NCBI GenBank assembly: GCA_965242695.1
Contig: CBDESU010000002.1
Coordinates: forward strand, 1,216,001 to 1,280,000
Direction of reading: 5' to 3'
Length of the DNA: 64,000 bases
Source: Cenarchaeum sp.
GTDB lineage: Archaea > Thermoproteota > Nitrososphaeria > Nitrososphaerales > Nitrosopumilaceae
In this document: one piece after another, positions 44,400-54,249 of the stretch
Numbering within the stretch: position 1 is the stretch's first letter
Layout of the letters: each line of letters begins with the position of its first letter
Notes under the pieces: model-generated
Seen by the model: only the letters and a program-made list of their open reading frames with translations
Database searches by the model: none
What the model was told of the DNA's origin: nothing
Made by a program: the position numbers and the translations under genes

Positions 44400-45803
44400 G
44401 TGAGGGAGCTGGCCCTGCAGGCGGAGGCGGGCATACAGGACTCGCTAAGCTCTAGCGTCATGCGGATTCTGGAGCAGCTCACGCCCGAGTTTCCACACAC
44501 GTCGTTCATGATCGACTTTGCCGTCATCATGATCATCGGCGCCGTCGTCACGCTCGCGTTCTTCAAGATACGGCAGCCGCTGATCATAGGGTACCTGTTC
44601 GCCGGCATGCTGCTCGGCCCCCTCTCCCCGCTGTGGTCGTGGCTGTTCCCCGTGTTCGGCCTGTCGGTCGAGTCGAACATAGAGGAGCTCAACGTCCTGT
44701 ACGACATACCGACGATGCACCTGTTCGCCGAGATGGGCGTCGTGCTGCTCCTGTTCGTGATCGGCATAGAGTTCCCCGTCGCCAAGATACGGTCCATCGG
44801 CAAGGTCGCCGTCGGGACGGGGACGATCGGCCTGTTCCTGACGATGGGCGTCGTGTTCTTCACGGCGAGCGCGCTCGGCGTGAACTTCATGGACTCGCTG
44901 TTCATAGCGGCGGCCCTGTCGATCAGCAGCACCGCCGTGATCGTAAAGATACTGACCGACTCTGGCAGGATCAAGAAGGAGTCGTCGATCATGGTCCTCG
45001 GCATACTGATCATCGAGGATATCATAGCGGTGATCCTCATATCGTCGCTCCAGTCCATAGCCCTGCTCGGGTCGGTCTCGATCGAGAGCGTCATCGTCGT
45101 CCTCATCGTCGCCGGGGCCCTCATCATAGGGACGCTCACGGTCGGCATACGCGTCATACCGCCGCTCATAGACAGGGTCGCCGCCGTCGAGAACAAGGAG
45201 ATCCTCCTGCTCGGCGTCCTCGGCGTGTGCTTCGGGTACGCGCTGCTCGCAAACATCGTCGGGCTGTCCGTCGCAATCGGCGCGTTCTTGGCAGGGGTGC
45301 TCGTCGCCGAGTCAAAGTCGGCCGAGGTCTCAAAGCTCCTGTCGAGCCCAATCAAGGACATGTTCGTCGCCGTATTCTTCGTGTCCGTCGGGGCCCTCAT
45401 GGACATACGCCAGATAGAGAGCTTTGTCTTCCTTGCGCTCGCCCTGATCGCCGTCGCCACGGCGGCAAAGCTCGGCAGCAGCCTGCTCGGCAGCCTCGCC
45501 GTGCGGCGGCGCGGCGCCGTGCCGACCCGGGCCGCATTCACCCTCGGGGCGCCGCGCGGCGAGTTTTCGATCGTCATCGTAAAGGTCGGCGTCGACCTCG
45601 GCGCCGTCAGCGCGTTCGTGTTCCCGATGATCGGGCTGATCTCTCTCATTACGACGTTCATCTCGCCGTTCCTCATACGGGCAGGCGACAGGCTCGCGCT
45701 GCGCCGGCCGGGGCCGCCGGCCGCCGAGGGCGGGGAGGAGGGGGGCCGTGCGCGGCCGGGCGCGGCGGCCGGGGCGGGCCCTCCCGGGCCGGCCGGCGCG
45801 TGA
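44400..45803 (+). CDS. CPA2 cation:proton antiporter (KefB-like)
   Basis: QPLIIGYLFAG, GVVLLLFVIGIEF, SISSTAV, ILIIEDI, GAFLAG, PRGEFS. Confidence 0.92.
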   Translation: MRELALQAEAGIQDSLSSSVMRILEQLTPEFPHTSFMIDFAVIMIIGAVVTLAFFKIRQPLIIGYLFAGMLLGPLSPLWSWLFPVFGLSVESNIEELNVLYDIPTMHLFAEMGVVLLLFVIGIEFPVAKIRSIGKVAVGTGTIGLFLTMGVVFFTASALGVNFMDSLFIAAALSISSTAVIVKILTDSGRIKKESSIMVLGILIIEDIIAVILISSLQSIALLGSVSIESVIVVLIVAGALIIGTLTVGIRVIPPLIDRVAAVENKEILLLGVLGVCFGYALLANIVGLSVAIGAFLAGVLVAESKSAEVSKLLSSPIKDMFVAVFFVSVGALMDIRQIESFVFLALALIAVATAAKLGSSLLGSLAVRRRGAVPTRAAFTLGAPRGEFSIVIVKVGVDLGAVSAFVFPMIGLISLITTFISPFLIRAGDRLALRRPGPPAAEGGEEGGRARPGAAAGAGPPGPAGA

Positions 45804-45813
45804 GGGCTGCGCC

Positions 45814-46344
45814 ATGGCCGGCGGCGGGGATGGCGGGGACGGCGGCGAGCTGGCCGACCTGCGGGCGCGCGTCCACCGCGGGATCGGGACGATCGAGTGC
45901 CCAGGGCCCGGGCCGGCAGGCTCGGCCCCGCGCACTGTGCCGAGCATCGAGGTGGCCCCCGAGCTGTTCGCGCGGATCATGAGGTCGGTCGCCGGCCGGC
46001 CGTTCACGATCGACACAGACCTGGACATACTCCAGGACGGGCTGGGCCACGTGTTCGTGTACGTGTCGCTCGGGTTCGGGCAGACGGGCATACGGGAGCG
46101 CTTCCTTGTCGACGCGTCCGAGTCGTACGAGTTCTTCGACCTGCTCGCCGAGACGTCCATGCTGGCCGTCTCGCCCGAGGGCGGGGCCGAGGCGGCAGGC
46201 GGGCCGGCCGGCGCGGGCGACGTGATCCTTGTGCAGCTGCCGCGGCCCGAGCGGGCCGCCGAGTCGCTCGGCATCATACGGCGCGGGCTGGCCGCCGGTG
46301 GCAGCGGCGGCGGGGGGCGGGGCCCGGCGCGGACTGATGGCTGA
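45814..46344 (+). CDS. Conserved thaumarchaeal hypothetical protein
   Basis: IDTDLDILQDGLGHVFV, FFDLLAETSML, VQLPRPE. Confidence 0.7.
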   Translation: MAGGGDGGDGGELADLRARVHRGIGTIECPGPGPAGSAPRTVPSIEVAPELFARIMRSVAGRPFTIDTDLDILQDGLGHVFVYVSLGFGQTGIRERFLVDASESYEFFDLLAETSMLAVSPEGGAEAAGGPAGAGDVILVQLPRPERAAESLGIIRRGLAAGGSGGGGRGPARTDG

Positions 46345-46347
46345 TGG

Positions 46348-46424
46348 TGGTGCAGTCGCCGGGATTCGAACCCGGGTCACCAACTTGGCAAGCTGGAATA
46401 ATAACCAAACTATACTACGACTGC
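46348..46424 (-). tRNA. tRNA-Gly (GCC), CCA encoded
   Basis: Reverse complement GCAGTCGTAGTATAGTTTGGTTATTATTCCAGCTTGCCAAGTTGGTGACCCGGGTTCGAATCCCGGCGACTGCACCA. Confidence 0.95.
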
Positions 46425-46507
46425 CTGCGCGCCGTTGCCGGCCCCGCCTAATAAAGGGTGGCGGGGCGGCCGCCGGATTTTTTAGTGGCCTCGCCGCGCG
46501 GCGGGGC

Positions 46508-46771
46508 ATGGATGCGGCCCTGCGAGACGCGATCGAGCGCAAGATGGGCGAGGTCGCCACCGCCGGCGGCCGGATGGGCGAGCTGGCGCGCCGCCTAGGC
46601 AGGGACGGGTGCGATGCCGGCGCGTTCGCGCGCGGCGCCGCGGCAGGCCGCCTGTACAACTCGTTCCACTACCAGTGCAGGAGGCTGCTCAAGAGGGATC
46701 CCACGGACGAAGAGTTTGACGAGTTCGTCGACATGGTGCGCGGCAGGGTGGACGGGCTGTCCCCCGAGTAG
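46508..46771 (+). CDS. Conserved small thaumarchaeal protein
   Basis: GRLYNSFHYQCRRLLKRDPTDEEFDEF; TTTTTA box upstream. Confidence 0.75.
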   Translation: MDAALRDAIERKMGEVATAGGRMGELARRLGRDGCDAGAFARGAAAGRLYNSFHYQCRRLLKRDPTDEEFDEFVDMVRGRVDGLSPE

Positions 46772-46806
46772 GTGCGCGGCAGGGTGGACGGGCTGTCCCC
46801 CGAGTA
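46735..46806 (+). repeat. Exact 36-bp tandem duplication spanning the stop codon
   Basis: GGTGCGCGGCAGGGTGGACGGGCTGTCCCCCGAGTA x2. Confidence 0.9.
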
Positions 46807-46829
46807 GGCGCGCGGCGCCTCGGCCGCCC

Positions 46830-47492
46830 CTACGCGGCCTGCGCCGGCTTTTCGGCCCCGTCCGCGTCCTTGGCCGGGGCATCGCCGCCCCCTTCGGCCG
46901 CCTCCTTTTCGGCGGCTGCCGCCTCGAGCGCGGCTGCCCTTGCGGCGGCCTTTGCCGCTCCGGCCGACGAGACCCTCGCGTACGCGGCCGCGCTGGGGTC
47001 TGCAAGGTCGATCACGCGCACGGTCGGAGTGCCGGGCAGCTTTACGCATGCATGCCGGACGGCCTTCTTGGTCTGCTCTAGGTGCTCCTTTCGGACGTAC
47101 GCCTCGTAGACGACCTGCCCCTGGCCCACGCGGGCGCCGAGGCTGACGGCCTTGCCAAAGGCGCGCCTCATGCCCTCCTGGAGGCGGTCGGCGCCGGCGG
47201 CCGCAATCATCTTGTTCTCCCTGAGCAGCACGTGCGGGTAGATGCGGAGCCTGGCAAAGTAGCCTGCCTCGCCGGTCGTCTTTTCGATCGTCTTGTTGGC
47301 CGCAAGGCGCGTCGACTCGATGGCCATGTGGCGTATCTGGACCTTTTCGTTGATGAGCAGCTGCACGCAGTAGTCGTACTGGCCGGGGCGCCCCGACTGG
47401 AACTTTGCAATCTTTACCTGGGGCTTGCCCTTGATGTACTTGCGGCGCGCGTACGGCTGGCCCCTTCCCCTGCGGTAGTTTGCCCCGTGCAA
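46830..47492 (-). CDS. rpl10e: 50S ribosomal protein L10e/uL16
   Basis: HGANYR..PYARRKYIKG, QIRHMAIES, YPHVLLRENKM, ADRLQEGMRRAFGK; TTG start. Confidence 0.95.
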   Translation of the reverse strand: MHGANYRRGRGQPYARRKYIKGKPQVKIAKFQSGRPGQYDYCVQLLINEKVQIRHMAIESTRLAANKTIEKTTGEAGYFARLRIYPHVLLRENKMIAAAGADRLQEGMRRAFGKAVSLGARVGQGQVVYEAYVRKEHLEQTKKAVRHACVKLPGTPTVRVIDLADPSAAAYARVSSAGAAKAAARAAALEAAAAEKEAAEGGGDAPAKDADGAEKPAQAA

Positions 47493-47943
47493 TGCGGCGC
47501 GGCACCCCAGCCGGCATATTTTAACGGTGGCCGGGGCCGACGACCTGCGCCGCCCTAGCGCACTGGCGGGGCGCCGTCGGGCAGGCGCGCCGCGGGGGAT
47601 GGGGGCGGCACCGAGGGCACCACGGACTGCCGCCAACCCGGCACGCTCGGGCGGGGCGAGGGCGAGCCGAAGGAGGGCGGCGGCCCCGGGCGCGCGCCGG
47701 CCCTGTCTTGCGCCGCGCCGGCGCCGCGCCCGATGGCGGTGGACGGCCGGCGCTTGGCGGCAGGGGGAGAGGCCGCACTCGACTTGCCTGTCTCGGCGCC
47801 GCGCCGGTGGACGGGGACGCCATGGCGCACCGTATGGGTGGACATGCGGCATGCGCTTGACCGCGTGCAGGGTGATCCCGGCCGCAAGCTCGGATCAGGG
47901 GACGCGGCCGGCCACTGGGCAGCCGCGGGGCCCGCGCGGTGGG

Positions 47944-48423
47944 TCATATGGAAAAGTCCACGGGCATCCAAAAACCGGCGCGCCTGAGATCTTTGACGAT
48001 CTCGCTGGCCTCGCTCCTGTCTATGATCCCCCTATCTCTGAGGAGTACGATCAGGCCGAGCAGCCCAGTGAAAGGTATGCCCCGCCTCTTGGCCGTCGAT
48101 CGGGCTCGCCGATCGTCAAGTATGCAGTACGACTTGCCCTGCGGGCGCACCCTTTCGTACAGCGCGAGCGTGTCGGATTCGCCGGGGCCGAGGGCAGGGG
48201 AGTCTTTCTTCAACGCCTCTATATCTGCAGCAGGACTGGCCGCGAAAACGCGGATCTTGCCCTGGCGCACCATGCCTTCTACCTCTTCCCTGACCTCCTT
48301 TCCGCGCAGCTCGCCCAGGACGTGCCCCGCGATGGCCAGAGTGTGCCCCAGTTTGAGGATGCTGTCGATCAGATCGGGGCGGCCAAGCTCGGATATGATG
48401 CCGATCAGCGCCGACGTGTCCAT
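47944..48423 (-). CDS. PIN-domain (DUF3368-like) putative toxin
   Basis: DTSALI, GPGESDTLAL, ILDDRRAR..A..GI.FTGLLG, LRRAGFW. Confidence 0.85.
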   Translation of the reverse strand: MDTSALIGIISELGRPDLIDSILKLGHTLAIAGHVLGELRGKEVREEVEGMVRQGKIRVFAASPAADIEALKKDSPALGPGESDTLALYERVRPQGKSYCILDDRRARSTAKRRGIPFTGLLGLIVLLRDRGIIDRSEASEIVKDLRRAGFWMPVDFSI

Positions 48424-48438
48424 TATCTTCAGGCGCGG

Positions 48439-49026
48439 TCACCGTGCCACCTGTACGCGCATCCTGCCGGCCATCTCCCAGACATCCTCGACGGGGCGAT
48501 CTAGGATCTCGGCAGCGCGCCCGAGCGAAATATTTCCCTTCACTAGCATCGACACGGCGTGCCGCTCCTTGCTGGACATTATCCGGTCGTACGTCGGCGA
48601 CCTTGTTGCCATGTCGGGGTATGTAGAGTACACGTACGCCAAGAGCTCGTCGGCCGTCATGCTGTTGAACACATCCTTGTACTCATCGATCCTGGCAAGC
48701 GTGCGGCGGTCTTCGCCGCCGGCGATCCTGCCGGCGACCTCGCCGCCTAGCTGCGTGATGGAGACATCCTCGCCGTCGGTGCGCAGAATCCCCGCATCCT
48801 CTAGGCGCGCGGCTTCCTCCTCGACAATGTCGCTGTGCGGGCCATGGCTGCCGGCAACGTACCCGCACGGGCCGCACTCCCAGCCCTTATTCTCGGTCAG
48901 CATGAACACTATCTTTTGCAGCTTTGTCCTGCCCCTGATCGGCTCGCATCCGTTGGAGGCGGCGAGCAGGACGACGAGCCTGCGCAGCGGATCGCTCGTC
49001 AAGCGCATCCCTTCGGCCGCATCCAT
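48439..49026 (-). CDS. Putative antitoxin: SocA/DUF4065/YwgA-like wHTH fused to UPF0175
   Basis: GRTKLQKIVF..HGPHS, ELLAYVYSTYP; C-terminal KGNISLGRAAEILD. Confidence 0.75.
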   Translation of the reverse strand: MDAAEGMRLTSDPLRRLVVLLAASNGCEPIRGRTKLQKIVFMLTENKGWECGPCGYVAGSHGPHSDIVEEEAARLEDAGILRTDGEDVSITQLGGEVAGRIAGGEDRRTLARIDEYKDVFNSMTADELLAYVYSTYPDMATRSPTYDRIMSSKERHAVSMLVKGNISLGRAAEILDRPVEDVWEMAGRMRVQVAR

Positions 49027-49269
49027 GCCCGCACGGGGCCCGCACTCCTAATAAAACTATGGCCGTGTGCATGCATGCATGCTCGGTCCTCGGCCGCACT
49101 CGCCGGTGCAGGCGCCGTGCCGCCGACGGGTCGTATGCCGGGCGCGCACCGCACGGGGGCCCTCCGGGGGTCGGCCTAGACTCCCTTCCACCCTCCTGCG
49201 CCGCGCCGAAGGCGCACGATGCCGCGCCTCCCTGCACGCCTTAATAGGACGGGCGCCGCCCGGCGCGCC

Positions 49270-49923
49270 GTGCTACGGGAAAAGAGCGCCGGCGAGGGCG
49301 AAGGCGCGCCCGGCGGGCAGGGCGAGGACCCTGCGGTGCGCGGCAGGCTGGTCAGGGACCTGGTGCACGTAGAGGACGAATCGGTGCGCGCCGAGCTCGA
49401 GTCGAAGGGGTACGGCGAGGTGAGACGCGGCAAGTTCTGCCTCATGCCGTACGAGTCGCTCTACCTGATGCACACGGGGCGGCTCGCGCTCGACGGCCGC
49501 AAGAGGGCGGCCACGTTCGACTCGCTCGTCTCGGCGCTGCGCAGGTACGACGAGGACGTCCTTACGCGCTTTCTGGTGTACCGCGACCTGCGATCGCGCG
49601 GCTACGCGGCAAAGGGGGGGTTCGGGTTCGGCGCCGACTTTCGCGTGTACGAGAGGGGGAGGTTCGGCGACAAGGGCGCCTCTTACGTCGTGTTCGCGCT
49701 CGCCGAGGGCGCGCCGGAAAAGGCCGGCGCCCTGCACAAAAAGGCAAGCGAGATCGAGCAGATGGGCAAGGAGCCGATAGTGGCCGTGATAGAGCGCCGG
49801 GGCGAGGTGATCTACTACAAGCTGTCGACGGTCGCGTTCGGCAGGGGCGGGGGACGCGGCGGCGGCGAGGGCGGAAGCGGCGGCGCGCCGCCGCCTGCTC
49901 CGCAGCCGCCGGGGGGCGCTTGA
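49270..49923 (+). CDS. endA: tRNA-splicing endonuclease
   Basis: YESLYL, FLVYRDLRSRGY..KGGFGFGADFRVY, AVIERRGEVIYY. Confidence 0.9.
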   Translation: MLREKSAGEGEGAPGGQGEDPAVRGRLVRDLVHVEDESVRAELESKGYGEVRRGKFCLMPYESLYLMHTGRLALDGRKRAATFDSLVSALRRYDEDVLTRFLVYRDLRSRGYAAKGGFGFGADFRVYERGRFGDKGASYVVFALAEGAPEKAGALHKKASEIEQMGKEPIVAVIERRGEVIYYKLSTVAFGRGGGRGGGEGGSGGAPPPAPQPPGGA

Positions 49924-50188
49924 CGGCGCGCCTCTGCCGCCGCACGTCCTCCTCCGGCCGACGCGTCGGCTGGAACATGCCCGCCGCCGCTCCATCTGCC
50001 GCCGCCCGCCGCCGCCGGGACGACGACCATGCCTCTGTTTGGGAGCGCGCCGGGCACAAGATCCGCCCGCACCCCTGCCCACCGGGCCGCCCGTGTCGTG
50101 GGGCTGGGAGGGGTATAGGCCTCGGCCCGTCCCGATCCCGGCCCGCGCCGCCGCACGGCTTTTTTACGGGCGGCCCGCGTCTCCCGGC

Positions 50189-50530
50189 GTGGGATTCCTG
50201 TCCTCGCTGCGCTCGCAGTGGGCCTCCGCCAAGAGGGAGAGGGCCGCCAAGATCAACGCCGGCCACCTAAAGGGCCTCCTCCGGACGTTCAAGGAGGAGC
50301 GCGACCGGATCGAGGCGGAGACGGGCTCAAGGCCGCCCATCGACGACACGACCCGCATGTTCATGCAAAAGGTGCTCGACGCCTGGGCCGCCGAGGGCCG
50401 CCGCATAGACGAGGACAGGTTCTGGGACGAGGTGGACTACAACCGCCAGTTCGACCACCCCGTCGAGTACTACGAGGCCAGCCGCGGCCGCGGCGGCCCT
50501 CGGCCGCCCGGAGGCGGAGGGGGCCGCTAG
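50189..50530 (+). CDS. Conserved thaumarchaeal hypothetical protein
   Basis: IDDTTRMFMQKVL..W, FWDEVDYNRQFDHPVEYYE; TTTTTA box upstream. Confidence 0.75.
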   Translation: MGFLSSLRSQWASAKRERAAKINAGHLKGLLRTFKEERDRIEAETGSRPPIDDTTRMFMQKVLDAWAAEGRRIDEDRFWDEVDYNRQFDHPVEYYEASRGRGGPRPPGGGGGR

Positions 50531-50604
50531 CCGGCCCCGGTACAGCCGGGACGCCTCCGCGCTTTGGTTTTATACGGGCCGCCCGGGCCGTGCGCGTGGC
50601 GCGC

Positions 50605-50796
50605 ATGACGTTCGAGCGCGGCGGGACCGTCCGCAGCGTGGAACTGCGGCCGTCGGATGCGGGGTGGTCGGCGACCGTCCGCGAGGGCGATCGCGTGATG
50701 GCCAACATGACGTACATGGCCGAGGCCGAGGAAGAGGTGGCCGCCACGGTCAAGAGGTCGATGGAGGCGTCCGGCTTTAGGCTGGTCGGCGCGTGA
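50605..50796 (+). CDS. Small hypothetical protein
   Basis: 63 aa MTFERGGTVRSVEL..MEASGFRLV; TTTATA box ~30 nt upstream. Confidence 0.6.
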   Translation: MTFERGGTVRSVELRPSDAGWSATVREGDRVMANMTYMAEAEEEVAATVKRSMEASGFRLVGA

Positions 50797-50889
50797 CGGC
50801 AGGCGCCCGCGCCCGCGCATCCGGCGCCGTGCGCCGCCGGCCCGCAGGCAAGGTTTAAAGTCGAACCGTATAGGGGCGGCCGATCGAGG

Positions 50890-52617
50890 ATGGGCCACCC
50901 CAAGATAGTGCTGACGGCCGACCGCACGCTCATGTCGCCGTACCGCAACCTCTCGCTCGCGACGTTCTTTGGGTGCGCGCCGGCGATCGACCCCCACCGC
51001 GACCCAAAGAGCATCTGGCACAAGCTGCTCGGCAAGCAGGTCACCCCAAAGATACTCTTCGACTTCATCTGCAACTACATACCCCACACCAACGGGGTGG
51101 CAGACTACGCGCCGTACGGCCTGCGCAAGGTCGAGGCCGGCCTCCTGCGGGACGGCTTTGATCGCCGGGACGTGGTCGTGGCCCACCCCGACCACATCGA
51201 GAGGTTCATCGGGCCGGAGACCGAGGTGGTCGGCACGTACGAGATGGACCCCCTCGGGATGGGGCCCGTCACGATGACGTTCACGTACGGCCGCAAGCAG
51301 ATGTCGTACGACGAGTTCTACTGCCGCGAGCTGCACGAGAGGATCAACGCGGCAAAGGAGAAGAACGGCAGCGCCGCAAAGGTCATCGCCGGCGCGTCGG
51401 GCACGTGGCAGTACAACTACGCGCCCGAAAAGATATCCGAGTACGGGCTGTACGCCATACTCGAGGGCGAGCTCGGCGGCATAGCCCCCGAGATCGACGG
51501 CCACGCCGGCCGGTTCTTCAACTACCTGATCAACGGCGACTTTGAGAACATGGACCCGTTCCGCAAGCGCAGCGACTTCAAGGTCAACATAAAGGAGTTC
51601 GAGAGGGGCGGCGAGAAGCTGCACGGCCGCTTCGTCAACTTTTGGGACCGCCCCGACCTGGAGGAGATACCCGAGATCGTCGAGCCGAGCATGCACGGCA
51701 TGATCGAGGTCATGCGCGGCTGCGGCAGGGGGTGCAAGTTCTGCGACGTCACGCTCAGGGCCCTGCGGTACTATCCGCCCGAGAAGGTAAAGCGCGAGAT
51801 CGAGGTCAACCTCAAGAGGGGCGGCGCAAAGTCGGCGTGGGTGCACAGCGACGACATCTTCGTGTACGGGATGGACCCGCGCACGAGCAAGGGGATGGAG
51901 CCGAACCGCGAGGCGCTCGAGGAGCTATTCACGGCGATAATGTCGACGGGGGTCGGGCACACGAACCCGACGCACGGCACGCTCGCCGGCGCGATAGCCG
52001 ACGAGCGGCTCATACCGAACATATCTGGGATAATCAAGGCCGGCCCAGACAACCTGACGGGCATACAGTGCGGGTTCGAGACGGGCAGCCTGCGCCTGAT
52101 CGAAAAGTACGCCGACCGCAAGCTCGCCCCGTACGCGCCCGAGGAGTGGCACTGGGTCGTCAAGGAGGGCGTCAAGACGCTCAACGAGAACTACTGGGTG
52201 CCGGCCTTTACGCTGATCATGGGGCTGGACAACGACGAGACGCCCGAGGACTCCTGGGAGACCATACAGATAATCAGCGACCTGGAGAGGGAGCAGCCAG
52301 AGTCCATGTTCACGACGACGCCGCTCACGTTCGTCCCGATAGGCCTGCTCGAAAAGTCCGAGTTCTTCAACATCGGCAACGAGATGGACCCCGCGCAGCT
52401 CGGCGTCATGTACAAGACGTGGCAGCACAACTTCAAGTACGGGATACAAAAGTTCATGACAAAGACGGGCAGCGGCAACAGCGTGCGCAGGACGTTCTTC
52501 AACCTCATCGCCCGCTCGCTCGGCGGCGTCCCGCTCGGCGCGATGGAGCGGTACGCGAGGCGCAAGGGCACCGAGCACGAGCGCGTCATCGAGAAGATAA
52601 AGGCGAGGTACTGGTAG
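50890..52617 (+). CDS. Archaeal B12-binding-type radical SAM protein
   Basis: IVLTADRTLMS, APYGLRKVEA, EVMRGCGRGCKFC (CxxxCxxC), GFETGS. Confidence 0.9.
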   Translation: MGHPKIVLTADRTLMSPYRNLSLATFFGCAPAIDPHRDPKSIWHKLLGKQVTPKILFDFICNYIPHTNGVADYAPYGLRKVEAGLLRDGFDRRDVVVAHPDHIERFIGPETEVVGTYEMDPLGMGPVTMTFTYGRKQMSYDEFYCRELHERINAAKEKNGSAAKVIAGASGTWQYNYAPEKISEYGLYAILEGELGGIAPEIDGHAGRFFNYLINGDFENMDPFRKRSDFKVNIKEFERGGEKLHGRFVNFWDRPDLEEIPEIVEPSMHGMIEVMRGCGRGCKFCDVTLRALRYYPPEKVKREIEVNLKRGGAKSAWVHSDDIFVYGMDPRTSKGMEPNREALEELFTAIMSTGVGHTNPTHGTLAGAIADERLIPNISGIIKAGPDNLTGIQCGFETGSLRLIEKYADRKLAPYAPEEWHWVVKEGVKTLNENYWVPAFTLIMGLDNDETPEDSWETIQIISDLEREQPESMFTTTPLTFVPIGLLEKSEFFNIGNEMDPAQLGVMYKTWQHNFKYGIQKFMTKTGSGNSVRRTFFNLIARSLGGVPLGAMERYARRKGTEHERVIEKIKARYW

Positions 52618-52623
52618 GAGGGG

Positions 52624-53093
52624 GCGGCGGCCGGCGCCGCGTCACGCTGCCCCATGCTTCTGTCTCCTTTGCCTCCTTTGCCTTGCGCTCCAAAGCGGCG
52701 GCCGGCGCCGCGTCACGCTGCCCCATGCTTCTGTCTCCTTTGCCTCCTTTGCCTTGCGCTCCAAAGCGGCGGCCGGCGCCGCGTCACGCTGCCCCATGCT
52801 TCTGTCTCCTTTGCCTCCTTTGCCTTGCGCTCCAAAGCGGCGGCCGGCGCCGCGTCACGCTGCCCCATGCTTCTGTCTCCTTTGCCTCCTTTGCCTTGCG
52901 CTCCAAAGCGGCGGCCGGCGCCGCGTCACGCTGCCCCATGCTTCTGTCTCCTTTGCCTCCTTTGCCTCCTTTGCCTTGCGCTCCAAAGCGGCGGCCGGCG
53001 CCGCGTCACGCTACCCCATGCTTCTGTCTCCTTTGCCTCCTTTGCCTCCTTTGGCGCTCCAAAGCGGCGGCCGGCGCCGCGTCACGCTACCCC
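52624..53093. repeat. Intergenic 71-bp minisatellite (6 full units + partial)
   Basis: Unit starts 52624, 52695, 52766, 52837, 52908, 52988, 53064; internal 9-mer CCTCCTTTG varies in copy number. Confidence 0.92.
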
Positions 53094-53159
53094 CTGTAGG
53101 GGGCCGCCGCGGCGCCTGTCCCAAACCTATAAAGCCGCCCCGCATGCGCGCGCGCACGC

Positions 53160-53348
53160 ATGGCAACCCACGGATCGCTCACAAAGGCCGGCAAGGTCCG
53201 CAGCCAGACTCCCAAGGTGGAGGGCCGCAAGAGGCCCGGCACCAACTCAAAGCTGCGCAACAAGAGCAACTACAGGAAGAGGTTCGTCCTCAACCCGGGC
53301 CGCTATCCGGGCCAGAACAAGCCCGGGCAGCGCAGAAGGCGCAGGTAG
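53160..53348 (+). CDS. rps30e: 30S ribosomal protein S30e
   Basis: MATHGSLTKAGKVRSQTPKV. Confidence 0.97.
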   Translation: MATHGSLTKAGKVRSQTPKVEGRKRPGTNSKLRNKSNYRKRFVLNPGRYPGQNKPGQRRRRR

Positions 53349-53372
53349 GCCCACTCCGGCCTCACACGGCCG

Positions 53373-54218
53373 CTAGGCGGCCCTGTCCCCGTACGACTCG
53401 GCCGCCCCGCACTTTGACCGGTACGAACTGCCAAAGTCGGCGTTCCCGGCCAGGCGCCTCCCCCCAAAGACCGTCCCGTCGGTGCAGACCAGGTCCTCGC
53501 CCATGCAGCAGCTGCCGCACATGCCGACGGCGCACTTCATGACGCGCTCGACGCTCGCCTCGACGGGCAGGCCGTGCGAGTTGGCAATATGCACGGCCTT
53601 TGCCATCATGATCTCGGGGCCGCACGTGTACGCCATGCCAAACGAGCCGGCCCCGCGCCCGGCGACCACCTCCTCCATGACGTCGGTCGCAAACCCCCTC
53701 CTTCCGGCGGTGCCGTCCTCGGTGGCCACTACGACCTCGTGGTCTGCGCCGCGCAGCAGGCCCTCGGCAAGGCGGTCAAAGAACACCTCGCCGGCGGTGC
53801 GCGCCCCAATCACGACGGTCGCCCCGCCCGGCGGCCTTGCCCGCGCGAGCAGGCGCACTAGGGGGACCATCCCCGTCCCCCCGCCGACCAGCAGGGCCCT
53901 GCCGGGGCACGGCGAGAACGAGTTGCCAAACGGCCCGCGCACCCCCACCGTCCCGCCGGCCGGCGTCTCGTAGAGGCCCGTCGACGACGGGCCGTGCCTG
54001 CGGACCGTAAACGCGGCCCTGCCTGCTGCGTCGCCCGGCGCGATCATTACGCTCATGGGGAGCTCGCCCTTGCCGGGAACCCACACCATGGCGAACTGGC
54101 CCGGCCGCGCCGCATGCATCGCGCCGTCGGACAGGACGAGGGTGCGCACGGTCGGCGTCTCGTCGATCACCTCCTCTACGGTGCGGATGGCGGGGACTAG
54201 CCCCGCGGGGCCCGGCAT
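53373..54218 (-). CDS. pyrK: Dihydroorotate dehydrogenase electron transfer subunit
   Basis: PGQFAMVW, RGPFGN, GGGTG, CGPEIMM, ERVMKCAVGMCGSC..CTDG. Confidence 0.92.
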   Translation of the reverse strand: MPGPAGLVPAIRTVEEVIDETPTVRTLVLSDGAMHAARPGQFAMVWVPGKGELPMSVMIAPGDAAGRAAFTVRRHGPSSTGLYETPAGGTVGVRGPFGNSFSPCPGRALLVGGGTGMVPLVRLLARARPPGGATVVIGARTAGEVFFDRLAEGLLRGADHEVVVATEDGTAGRRGFATDVMEEVVAGRGAGSFGMAYTCGPEIMMAKAVHIANSHGLPVEASVERVMKCAVGMCGSCCMGEDLVCTDGTVFGGRRLAGNADFGSSYRSKCGAAESYGDRAA

Positions 54219-54249
54219 GGCGCACGGGCTGCCCGCTGCGCCTTCCCCG

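Noticed and set aside
47527-47987. ORFs in the spacer between rpl10e and the PIN gene
   Set aside because: No promoter or motif; typical high-GC shadow ORFs
52624-53093. CRISPR array
   Set aside because: Whole units repeat with no unique spacers, and no cas genes are in the window
52654-53542. ORFs of 240-485 aa running through the minisatellite
   Set aside because: Artefacts of a stop-free 71-bp repeat; they overlap rps30e
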